From the IMG/VR virus record IMGVR_UViG_3300042691_048250: a stretch of DNA of 64,000 nucleotides; one strand, written 5' to 3'. The stretch is from an uncultured virus (IMG/VR IMGVR_UViG_3300042691_048250) (taxonomy: Duplodnaviria; Heunggongvirae; Uroviricota; Caudoviricetes). Within the stretch, counting starts at the first letter, position 1; each line of letters starts with the position of its first letter. The notes below the pieces were generated by a model. It was not told the origin of the DNA. It did no database searches and saw only the letters and a list, made by a program, of their open reading frames with translations. The translations under genes were made by a program, and so were the position numbers. This document shows, in pieces, positions 9,076-18,045 of the stretch.

Positions 9076-11868
9076 ATGCCCGTAACTCGAATTAAGAATA
9101 ACCAGATCACAGACAGTTCATCTGGTAACGTATATCTTGGTGTAAATGCAGCCGCCAAAGTGCAGGACTATTCAGTCACTGCAGGAAAATTAGCCAACAA
9201 TCTTACCTATGGTTCAAATCTTACCATCACGGGTAACCTAACAGTCCAAGGCGAAACTACAACCATTGACACTACCAACTTGGCAGTTGAAGATCCTTTG
9301 ATCTTGCTGGCCAAGGAGCAGACAGGATCGCCCACGCTGGACATTGGTTTCATTGGCAAGCGTGGTACTTCAGACAATATCACTTTTGTTTGGGATGAAA
9401 GCGCAGATGAATTTGTCACTGCATTTACCACCAGCGAAACTACCAATACCGTAGTTACTATTACTGCATATGCAAGTTTGAAAACGCTTGATCTCGCAGT
9501 AACGGGCAATCTTGCAGTGACCGGTACATCAACATTTACTGGCAACATCACCAGCATGACAGTGACAGGCGATGTCACTGCAGGAAATCTATTGACACCG
9601 GGTATCGCTTCGGCCACAGGCAACATCACGGGTGCAAATTTCAACACTGCTGGTTTGGTATCAGCCACAGGCAATGTTATAGGTGGCAATTTGACCACTG
9701 CTGGTTTGGTATCGGCCACTGGCAATGTCACGGGTGGAAATATCACCACAGCTGGACAGGTTTCGGCCACTGGCAATGTCACAGGCGGCAACATAATCAC
9801 AGCAGGCGATGTCAACAGCGCCACCTTGCATACTTCAGGCAACGCTGTCATTGGTGGCAACCTCATAGTCCAAGGTAATATTACCTATATCAACATTGAT
9901 GATTTGCGGGTCGAAGATCCAATCATTGTTCTTGGTACTGGACCCAACGGTGCGCCGTTGACAACAGATGACGATAAAGATCGTGGTATCTACATGGAGT
10001 ATTATACCACGGGCCTTGGCAATGCATTCATGGGTTGGCAAAATTCAACTGGTAACATGATCATCGCCAATGATGTAACATTCAGCGGCAACGACGTCGT
10101 ATCAGTTACAGCCTATGGCACGTTGCAAGCAGGCAATCTTTACATACAATCAGCAGTCTCAACAGGCAACGTCACTGGTGGCAATTTACTCACAGGCGGG
10201 TTGATTTCGGCCACCGGCAACATTGACGGCGGCAATCTACGCACCGCAGGATTGGTTACAGCCACCGGCAACGTCACAGGTGGCAATATCACCACCGGCG
10301 GTGTTGTACAGGCAACCGGCAACTTGATTGGACCAAATTTGTTGTTGACCAGCGGATTTATTGACGGATCTGGTGCAACACGTATCACTATCAATGGATC
10401 AGATGCTGACGTAGATTTTGCAGTAGACGGCGATTCCACTCCCAACGTATTTTACGTTGATGCAGGCACAGGCACTGTGAGTTTTGGAACATCGGCGCAG
10501 ACTACCAACGCCATTGCCGCATTTAACACATCAAACTCTATCTTGGTTCCTGTGGGTAACACACTTCAGCGCCCTGGCACAGGTGTCACGGGCATGGTGC
10601 GTTTCAATACTACTACAGATGCTTTAGAGTTTTATGACTCTGATTCGTGGACCTCGGCAGGTACTACCTTTACAGTGATCGTAGCAGATCCATTCACGGG
10701 TGATGGTTCTACTTTGGCATATACGCTGAGTGAAGATTCAACCACGGCTGGCACCATAGTCAGCATCAACGGTGTAGTGCAGATTCCAACCACGGCTTAC
10801 TCAGTGTCGGGTAACGTGTTGACATTTACTGAAGCACCTGCTGTTTCAGACGTGATTGATGCACGTATATTGACCACATCACAGACGGTCACAGGTATCC
10901 AGAACTCATCCGGCAACGCTATATTTGAAGGGTCACCAACATCGGCAGATTTTGTTATCACTGGTAATCTGATACCTTCAGCCAACGTGACATACAATTT
11001 GGGTTCAAACACTGCACGATTCAATGATGCATTTTTCAATGGCACTACGATCACGCTGGGCAATGTTCAGATCAAGAATGAAACCGGCACACAGATTGGA
11101 TTCTTTGGGCCAGATGGCACAACACCTGCCACGATTGACAGCGTAAACATTGACACTACAACCATAGCCAATGGCACATCCAATGTCACTGTCGCATCAT
11201 CAGGCGGCAATGTCACTGTCGGAGTGAGTGGAACAACCAGGGGCACTTTCTACAGCAGTGGACTCAGCATCACTGGTGGCATTGCTGCCAATGGCTATAT
11301 TGATCTCAACAATGGCACATCTAATGTGCATCTGCCCTCTGCCAATGGTAATGTGCATTTTACTGTCGCCGGCAACAGCATCATCCGAGTCACTGCCGCA
11401 GGCATAGTCAACGACATGGGCAATGGGGTAGGCAATATTGGTAACAGCACCGCCCGCTTTAACACCATATTTGCAACGGCAACATCAGCACAGTACGCTG
11501 ACTTGGCAGAGATGTATGAAGCCGATCAGATCATCGAACCCGGTACCGTGGTCTGTTTTGGTGGTGTCAAAGAAGTCACTATGTGTGCTCAAGATGCTTG
11601 CCGTAAGATCGCTGGTGTGATTTCTACTAATCCCAGTTACATCATGAACGCCGGACTGGCCGGAGACCATGTCGTGGCAGTGGCCTTGACAGGTCGTGTA
11701 CCTACTCGGGTTACCGGCACAATACGCAAGGGTGACATGCTTGTATCCACTGCTGATGGGCGTGCTCGTGCAGAAGCCGATCCGGTCACAGGTTCTATCA
11801 TTGGTAAGGCCTTGGCCGATTTTGATGGAGCCGATGGCATCATTGAAGTCGTGGTTGGCAGATTATAA
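9076..11868 (+). CDS. Fibre protein with C-terminal ADLAE (intramolecular chaperone/peptidase-like) domain
   Basis: 17-aa repeats; C-terminal SAQYADLAEMY...GVISTNP...VALTGRVP...IGKAL; TAAATA at 9039. Confidence 0.85.
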   Translation: MPVTRIKNNQITDSSSGNVYLGVNAAAKVQDYSVTAGKLANNLTYGSNLTITGNLTVQGETTTIDTTNLAVEDPLILLAKEQTGSPTLDIGFIGKRGTSDNITFVWDESADEFVTAFTTSETTNTVVTITAYASLKTLDLAVTGNLAVTGTSTFTGNITSMTVTGDVTAGNLLTPGIASATGNITGANFNTAGLVSATGNVIGGNLTTAGLVSATGNVTGGNITTAGQVSATGNVTGGNIITAGDVNSATLHTSGNAVIGGNLIVQGNITYINIDDLRVEDPIIVLGTGPNGAPLTTDDDKDRGIYMEYYTTGLGNAFMGWQNSTGNMIIANDVTFSGNDVVSVTAYGTLQAGNLYIQSAVSTGNVTGGNLLTGGLISATGNIDGGNLRTAGLVTATGNVTGGNITTGGVVQATGNLIGPNLLLTSGFIDGSGATRITINGSDADVDFAVDGDSTPNVFYVDAGTGTVSFGTSAQTTNAIAAFNTSNSILVPVGNTLQRPGTGVTGMVRFNTTTDALEFYDSDSWTSAGTTFTVIVADPFTGDGSTLAYTLSEDSTTAGTIVSINGVVQIPTTAYSVSGNVLTFTEAPAVSDVIDARILTTSQTVTGIQNSSGNAIFEGSPTSADFVITGNLIPSANVTYNLGSNTARFNDAFFNGTTITLGNVQIKNETGTQIGFFGPDGTTPATIDSVNIDTTTIANGTSNVTVASSGGNVTVGVSGTTRGTFYSSGLSITGGIAANGYIDLNNGTSNVHLPSANGNVHFTVAGNSIIRVTAAGIVNDMGNGVGNIGNSTARFNTIFATATSAQYADLAEMYEADQIIEPGTVVCFGGVKEVTMCAQDACRKIAGVISTNPSYIMNAGLAGDHVVAVALTGRVPTRVTGTIRKGDMLVSTADGRARAEADPVTGSIIGKALADFDGADGIIEVVVGRL
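9645..9806 (+). repeat. 51-bp (17-aa) degenerate tandem repeat, TAGLVSATGNVTGGNIT
   Basis: Units start at 9645, 9696, 9747 and 9798; related arrays at about 7010-7150, 7900-8130, 10160-10325 and 13260-13500. Confidence 0.85.
11245..11510 (+). repeat. Dispersed repeat shared by three fibre genes (other copies about 14065-14300 and 14970-15225)
   Basis: 11284-11348 identical to 15008-15072 (65 nt); 14235-14287 identical to 15170-15222 (53 nt). Confidence 0.9.
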
Positions 11869-11884
11869 AATATCATGGTGCAAC

Positions 11885-11912
11885 ATAGGGCTGGTAACAG
11901 CCCTATTTTTTT
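11885..11912 (+). terminator. Rho-independent terminator
   Basis: atagggctg-gtaa-cagccctat then T-run; TAAATA follows at 11916. Confidence 0.85.
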
Positions 11913-11942
11913 GGCTAAATATAGCATGATTATGGTGATAAC

Positions 11943-14657
11943 ATGGGACTAACAAGAATCCGCGCTGAGCAGATTTCAGACATCGACTACAAGCAAGCGG
12001 TGCGTGTGATCACCCTGAGCAATGTCACGCTGAGTGGCAGCGCTCCGTCTACAGTTGACGGTGTCAATCTCAGTGCCGGTGATCGGGTCTTGGTTAATGG
12101 ACAGAATACCGGCAGTCAAAATGGATTGTACATAGTTCAAACCGTGGGTGCAGGTTCTAACGGCACCTGGATACGCAGTGATGACGCCAACGTCACAGGC
12201 GAAATAGAAGCCGGCATGATCGTCATGGTCACTGAAGGCAACAGCTACAAAGATACCCAATGGAAACTGACCACTAACAATCCCATCATAGTTGGTACCA
12301 CTGCACTGATGTTTGAACAAAACTCAGCATTTGCTTTTGGCAACATCTATGCCAACGGCACCGCAGTGCTGGCCAACAGTGTAGGCGACACAGTGACATT
12401 CACGGCCGGTGACAACATAGAGATCACCGGCAACAACACATCAAAGACTGTGACAATCGGTGTCACGGGTATAAGCCTCAACTCCATAGCCAACGGTACA
12501 TCAAATGTCAAAGTGGTATCATCTGGTGGCGATGTCACTATGGGCGTGGGCGGCGTTGGCAATGTGGCTGTTTTCAATACCGAAGGTCTTGATGTCACGG
12601 GCAATGTAGCAGTCTCCGGCAATGTCTCTGCTACCTACTACATTGGTGATGGATCTTACCTCACGGGCCTGTATGGTGTGGTCGGTCAGTATTTCTTTGC
12701 CAACACAGTGAGCAGCGTGAGCCCTTACTATCAGGCTGTGTTCATATCTGATTTCACAGCCGGGACCATTGGCACAGCCACGGTAACAGTGAGCAACACA
12801 CCCACACTGTTGGTTTCTTTCCTGACCAACACAGGTTTCCCCAATCAGACCTACATACCCGTGGGTGTGATCAATTTTGCCTATGAAACACAGAAAACAT
12901 CAGGGGCATCTACCTACACCACCTATGCTGAAATCTACAAACGCACCACGGGTGACACAGAAACCCTGTTGTTGACTTCGGATGTGACCAGCACCAGTGC
13001 TCTCAATACCCTGATACAACAGTCAGTGTCGGCCACCAACAGCACCAACATACCTTTGAATGTCACAGATCGCATAGCAGTGAAGATCTACGCACAGATC
13101 ATTTCTGGGGCCAATTCCAATGTGACCGTGAGATGGGATGCTGCCACCAGTGCGGGATTCAATCTGCCAGCACCACCCACTTCGATCACGCAGTTCATCC
13201 CCTATCAGAACGCCGTGGCCAACGTGGATCTTGGCTCGTTTGGCATCACGGCCGGATATGTATCAGCTACAGGCAATGTCACAGGTGCCAATGTGGTCAC
13301 AGGTGGTTGGGTCACTGCCACTGGCAATGTCACTGGTGGGAATGTAACCACAGCAGGACTTATAACAGCCACGGGCAATGTCGTGGGCGGCAATTTAACA
13401 ACGACTGGTGCGGTAAGTGCCACTGGTAATATCACTGGCGGTAACATACTTACTGTAGGCCTAATATCAGCCACTGGCAATATCACGGGCGGCAACATCT
13501 TGGGCAATGGTGCCAGCCTCTCTGGCATCAACGCTTTCAGCAACATAGCAGTGGCAGGAGGCAATGCGTGCCTGGCCGATTCTATATCAGACACGCTGAC
13601 GCTGTCTGCTGGTACTGGTATAACACTGGTAGCTGATGCCGCCACTGATACCATAACCATCGCTGCCTCTGGATCGGGAGAAAGCATTTTTGCCACCGGT
13701 GGTGACATGGCCCTGATCACTGATGTTGTGATTGCATCAGAAGATCTTGGTTTGATCACTGCGGCTGTTCTGGAGAATTATGATCTTGGCAGCATCGTGA
13801 CGTCGGGCGTGATCTATCCTGATCTCTTGTTCGTGGGAGACATTGCTGATTTATTCATACTGGGCGGTACCAATGGTCAATACCTTGGTACATCAGGCAG
13901 TGGCGTGATGCAGTGGCAGACCCTTGATTCGGCACCATTGACCGGAAATCTTGCAGGTAATATCGAAGGTAATTCATATTCTATATTGAATTTGGCATCG
14001 TTGACCACCACTGGCGCTGTCAGCGCAACAGGCAACATATCAGGTGCAAGTCTCACGCTGACCGGTGGCGTGGCCGCCAATGGCTATATTGATCTCAACA
14101 ATGGCACGTCTAATGTTCACCTGCCAGCAGCTAATGGTAATGTGCATTTTACCGTCGCCGGCAACAGCATCATTCGAGTTACTGCCACGGGCATCGTCAA
14201 CGACATGGGCAATGGTGTGGGTAACATTGGTAACTCCACTGGTTATTTCAACACTATATTCGCCAAAGCTACTTCAGCACAGTACGCTGACTTGGCAGAA
14301 AAATACTTGGCGGATCAACAGTATAGTCCTGGCACTGTGCTTGTGTTTGGTGGTGACAAAGAAGTCACAATCAGCAACAGACATGGAGACACTCGAGTGG
14401 CTGGCGTGGTATCAACCAATCCCAGTTATGTGATGAATGCTACTTTGGAAGGAAATCATACAGCCACAATAGCTTTGACCGGCAGGGTACCTACCCTGGT
14501 CCAGGGTCCTGTAAACAAGGGCGACTTGATGATCAGCGCCCCCAATGGGCATGCTGTGGCCTGCAACAAACCTGAAATTGGTACTGTGATAGGAAAAAGT
14601 CTTGAAAATCTATCTGATCAATTTGGAATTATTGAAATTGTGGTGGGAGTGCGATGA
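11943..14657 (+). CDS. Fibre protein with C-terminal ADLAE domain (904 aa)
   Basis: GDRVLV...QNGLY...WIRSDD domain, 17-aa repeats, C-terminal YADLAEKY domain. Confidence 0.85.
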   Translation: MGLTRIRAEQISDIDYKQAVRVITLSNVTLSGSAPSTVDGVNLSAGDRVLVNGQNTGSQNGLYIVQTVGAGSNGTWIRSDDANVTGEIEAGMIVMVTEGNSYKDTQWKLTTNNPIIVGTTALMFEQNSAFAFGNIYANGTAVLANSVGDTVTFTAGDNIEITGNNTSKTVTIGVTGISLNSIANGTSNVKVVSSGGDVTMGVGGVGNVAVFNTEGLDVTGNVAVSGNVSATYYIGDGSYLTGLYGVVGQYFFANTVSSVSPYYQAVFISDFTAGTIGTATVTVSNTPTLLVSFLTNTGFPNQTYIPVGVINFAYETQKTSGASTYTTYAEIYKRTTGDTETLLLTSDVTSTSALNTLIQQSVSATNSTNIPLNVTDRIAVKIYAQIISGANSNVTVRWDAATSAGFNLPAPPTSITQFIPYQNAVANVDLGSFGITAGYVSATGNVTGANVVTGGWVTATGNVTGGNVTTAGLITATGNVVGGNLTTTGAVSATGNITGGNILTVGLISATGNITGGNILGNGASLSGINAFSNIAVAGGNACLADSISDTLTLSAGTGITLVADAATDTITIAASGSGESIFATGGDMALITDVVIASEDLGLITAAVLENYDLGSIVTSGVIYPDLLFVGDIADLFILGGTNGQYLGTSGSGVMQWQTLDSAPLTGNLAGNIEGNSYSILNLASLTTTGAVSATGNISGASLTLTGGVAANGYIDLNNGTSNVHLPAANGNVHFTVAGNSIIRVTATGIVNDMGNGVGNIGNSTGYFNTIFAKATSAQYADLAEKYLADQQYSPGTVLVFGGDKEVTISNRHGDTRVAGVVSTNPSYVMNATLEGNHTATIALTGRVPTLVQGPVNKGDLMISAPNGHAVACNKPEIGTVIGKSLENLSDQFGIIEIVVGVR

Positions 14658-14692
14658 AAAACCGCGCACATAAATAATGCAAGGAATAAAAA

Positions 14693-15604
14693 ATGTCAAC
14701 CCAAGTACAATATAGACGAGGCACCGGCGCACAAAATAATGCGTTTACCGGTGCCTTGGGTGAAATCACTGTTGATACTACCAATTGGACCCTGAGGGTC
14801 CACGATGGTGCTACCGCAGGCGGTGGTGGTAATTTGGCCACAGTAGCCTATGTTGATGCAGAAATTGGCGGACTCAGTGCTGACAGTATCAGCAATGGCA
14901 CATCCAATGTCAAGGTTGTATCATCGGGCGGCAATGTCACTGTCGCAGTGGGTGGAACAAACAGAGGTACTTTCTACAGCAGTGGACTCAGCATCACTGG
15001 CGGCGTGGCTGCCAATGGCTATATTGATCTCAACAATGGCACATCTAATGTGCATCTGCCCTCTGCCAATGGAAATGTTCACTTTACTATAGCCGGCAAT
15101 AGCGTGATGCGTATTACTGCTACAGGCATAGTCAACGACATGGGCAATGGGGTAGGCAATATTGGTAATTCCACTGGTTATTTCAACACTATATTCGCCA
15201 AAGCTACTTCAGCACAGTACGCCGACGTGGCTGAGTTATACGCGGCCGATCAAAAGTACGACGTTGGCACTGTGCTTGTGTTTGGTGGTGACCATGAAGT
15301 CACTGCCAGCGCCAAATCTCATGACACTGCTGTAGCCGGAACCGTTAGTCAGCAACCTGCTTATGTGATGAATTCTGGTCTACAAGCCGCCCATCCAGTG
15401 GCAGTGGCGCTTCTGGGTAGGGTGCCTTGCAAGGTCATAGGTCCAATATCTAAAGGCGATTTGCTGGTGGCCAGTGATCAACCCGGCATCGCATGCCGAT
15501 TGGATAGATCAAAATTTCAACCTGGTTGTGTGATTGGCAAGGCCGTAGAAGCACATACTGGCGCAGACATAGCCGTGATTGAGGTAGTAGTAGGGCGTCT
15601 ATGA
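14693..15604 (+). CDS. Short fibre protein: Mtd_N-like N-terminus plus ADLAE-type C-terminal domain
   Basis: QVQYRRGT...FTGALGEITVDT...LRVHDG N-terminus; YADVAELY C-terminal domain; TAAATA at 14671. Confidence 0.8.
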   Translation: MSTQVQYRRGTGAQNNAFTGALGEITVDTTNWTLRVHDGATAGGGGNLATVAYVDAEIGGLSADSISNGTSNVKVVSSGGNVTVAVGGTNRGTFYSSGLSITGGVAANGYIDLNNGTSNVHLPSANGNVHFTIAGNSVMRITATGIVNDMGNGVGNIGNSTGYFNTIFAKATSAQYADVAELYAADQKYDVGTVLVFGGDHEVTASAKSHDTAVAGTVSQQPAYVMNSGLQAAHPVAVALLGRVPCKVIGPISKGDLLVASDQPGIACRLDRSKFQPGCVIGKAVEAHTGADIAVIEVVVGRL

Positions 15605-16266
15605 TTCCTGAAAGATTTCGCCGAGATTACGACGGTGAATTCGTAGTGCTCCATACAAGAATTTCTGGTGGCATCAAAGAACAGCGGCGTGAATGGATTC
15701 CTAATCCCATTGAAAACTTCCACATCTCAGGACGTGCTGTGGTCATTGGCAGTAGAAGCCAACAGGATCAATTCCAGCATCAAAGATTACAACGACATCG
15801 TGGCGGCCTGTTAGGTAAAAAGAAAGTACAGACCTACAGTTGCGATGATATTTGGACTGACATGTTCGTAGATTTTTATGTCAGCAACAACAGCGAATAC
15901 ATAACCCAGATCCTGGAACAAAACTATGATACCAAAAGTACAGTTTATACCAGGCCAAAATTGATCTTGGAGCACCCGGGTCGATTGTATCCGGTGCCCT
16001 ACGGGCCTTTGCTCAGCGATCCGGCTCTGGCTGTATACTTGGCAGCATTCGATCAGCACCAAGAAGTGTTTTTGTTAGGTATGACAAACGATACCAAATA
16101 CAAAGATCGCAATACAGTGGATGAAATACGGCGTGTGATAGAATCATATCGCGGCACAAAGTTTTATGGAGTTGGTGAATCGCCGGCATTTGAAAATTCC
16201 TGGCGTAATCTACCAAATTTTGAGACTATGTCAATCCGCAAGTTTGTCAGTTACTGCGACATCTGA
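15601..16266 (+). CDS. Divergent paralogue of the Maf/CstII-like protein at 3284
   Basis: RAVVIG...TYSC...PALAVYLAAFDQHQEVFLLG aligns with PIATAVAAMDQHHRIYLLG. Confidence 0.6.
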   Translation: MIPERFRRDYDGEFVVLHTRISGGIKEQRREWIPNPIENFHISGRAVVIGSRSQQDQFQHQRLQRHRGGLLGKKKVQTYSCDDIWTDMFVDFYVSNNSEYITQILEQNYDTKSTVYTRPKLILEHPGRLYPVPYGPLLSDPALAVYLAAFDQHQEVFLLGMTNDTKYKDRNTVDEIRRVIESYRGTKFYGVGESPAFENSWRNLPNFETMSIRKFVSYCDI

Positions 16267-16691
16267 AACGTTTCTTTGACCTTGGCAATTTTTTCTTGTA
16301 TGGCATCTATGTTGATTGTATTCCACAGTCCTGGATGCATGGGTCGTGGCCAGGTTTCCGAATCAATCCAGGCATAGCCTATGTGTTCGTGATTTAGCCG
16401 TGGTATGAACTCTTCATCGATCGCGGCAAAAAAAGTGTGATATTGGAACTGCTCATCTGCGCTGGTAAACATTTCCAAGGGTATGAGTTTTACAGAGACT
16501 GGCATGCTGCCAATTTCTTCTTGGCATTCTCTGCTCAAGGCTGCCAACAATGACTCATTGGATTTGGCCTTGCCACCAGGCAGGCCCCAAGATCCTGGAT
16601 ACTTGTTGTCTTGTCGCAGTAGGTAAAGATATCTATCAGTAGACGTGCTGTAGAACCAAACTCCCACTGCCTTTACAACACCAGACTCCAT
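16251..16691 (-). CDS. NUDIX hydrolase
   Basis: Nudix box WGLPGGKAKSNESLLAALSRECQEEIG. Confidence 0.9.
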   Translation of the reverse strand: MESGVVKAVGVWFYSTSTDRYLYLLRQDNKYPGSWGLPGGKAKSNESLLAALSRECQEEIGSMPVSVKLIPLEMFTSADEQFQYHTFFAAIDEEFIPRLNHEHIGYAWIDSETWPRPMHPGLWNTINIDAIQEKIAKVKETFQMSQ

Positions 16692-18043
16692 TCGCCTCCC
16701 GGATACAGTCCTTCATAACTCTTTACCCACTCGGTGGTAGTCCAGCGATACTGCAAACCCGTGGTGATGTTGGTGACATATTCCACATTGGTAGTCTGTG
16801 CTGTAGATTCAAAGGCCACAAACCAAAAATCTCCATCAAACTCGATAATGTCGTTGGCCTGAGCTACGATTGTGGGGCCCCAGGCATCGGTTTCATCTCC
16901 CATGTCATCCAGGATAAGATAACGTTGTCCGGTGGCCGCTGCAGGCAAGCCGGCACCTGGGCCGGACGCCAGGGGATTGATGATAGCATCCACAGGATCT
17001 AATGTATTCTGCGGCAAGGTGTCTGTATCGATATTGATCAAAAGGAATCTGTCATCGGTGGGATCGTAGGCCACTGTGCCAATGATCTGTGTATCGTCAC
17101 CCCAGGGATTGTCAAATCTAATCTGGCTGATGCCAGGTCTCAAGGTACCGTACATGCCTACTATGGCCTGCCAAAACTCATTGCTTGGCGGTGACACAGG
17201 CGGGGTAATGCTGGCATTGGCTGCATTGATAGTTTGATTGTATTTCAACGCCTGTACCTTGTTGCCTATCAGCAGGGTTTGGTAGTTGAATGGTGTGAAT
17301 TTCTGTCTGGTACCAAGCAACAGATCTGAGTTGGTTATGGCTTCGTTGGCGTCACCTTGGGCATCAAATACTGATGCCACGATTTTTTCGACCACACCCA
17401 GTTTCTTGACCTTGGCTGGCGAGGAGATCCATACAGGAACGCTGAAAACCATGGTAAAAATGTCGATGTTGTCGTCGGTGCCTATTGGTATGGTCTTGTT
17501 GGTCCAGTTTACTCTCTCGAGCTCTACCACTGAGAGGCTGGTCCAATCAAGATAATTGTCCGTGCTCTGTATCTCCAGGCTGGGATTGAACAAGGTGGCT
17601 ATCTGCTCAAAGATCTGGAATTTCTGATTGGTGTTGGAGGTCCAGATGTCCGTAGTAAGGGTCATGCGATAAGGTACCGGCATCAGCCGTTCTATACTAA
17701 AGGCATTGCCCTGTGTGGTTTCGTATTCTTCCGTGGCTGGATCATAGGTGCGCTGGCGTACCTGCACCTTGTTCACATGATAGGGCTCTTGCATGCGAGG
17801 CCGGTCATATTCCATGCCCGTGATATAAAAAGTTATCAGCGGTGCCGAAGGCATGAAACTGCTGGAATTCTGTTGTACCACGGTCTGAGCTTGCCGGCTC
17901 CAGTCGCCATAACGCACTGGCACACGCACCAGGCTTTCGTTTTCTGAGCCCTGGGCGCCGTACATGACTTGGAAGTTGGAAAAAATCCTGGTAAACTGCA
18001 GGAGGAATCTTCGTATCTGCTCGTCGTAAAAAAATTGTTGCAT
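16673..18043 (-). CDS. gp15: Tail sheath stabiliser/completion protein with C-terminal extension
   Basis: QFFYDEQIRRF...F.RIFSNF...VPVRYG...MPVPY...QIFEQI...FNP gp15-like pattern; next to gp14. Confidence 0.8.
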   Translation of the reverse strand: MQQFFYDEQIRRFLLQFTRIFSNFQVMYGAQGSENESLVRVPVRYGDWSRQAQTVVQQNSSSFMPSAPLITFYITGMEYDRPRMQEPYHVNKVQVRQRTYDPATEEYETTQGNAFSIERLMPVPYRMTLTTDIWTSNTNQKFQIFEQIATLFNPSLEIQSTDNYLDWTSLSVVELERVNWTNKTIPIGTDDNIDIFTMVFSVPVWISSPAKVKKLGVVEKIVASVFDAQGDANEAITNSDLLLGTRQKFTPFNYQTLLIGNKVQALKYNQTINAANASITPPVSPPSNEFWQAIVGMYGTLRPGISQIRFDNPWGDDTQIIGTVAYDPTDDRFLLINIDTDTLPQNTLDPVDAIINPLASGPGAGLPAAATGQRYLILDDMGDETDAWGPTIVAQANDIIEFDGDFWFVAFESTAQTTNVEYVTNITTGLQYRWTTTEWVKSYEGLYPGGEWSLVL

Positions 18044-18045
18044 GA

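Noticed and set aside
9645..9806. Regularly spaced repeats suggesting a CRISPR array
   Set aside because: In-frame 51-bp coding repeats with synonymous variation, no unique spacers and no cas genes in the window
5476..13759. Many minus-strand ORFs with repeated MLPP/VTLPVA motifs
   Set aside because: They are antisense shadows of the Gly-Asn-Thr fibre repeats; no RBS or promoter, and they fully overlap real genes
11245..15305. Possible diversity-generating retroelement template/variable repeat
   Set aside because: All copies are inside genes, differences are mostly synonymous and not adenine-specific, and no reverse transcriptase is present in the window
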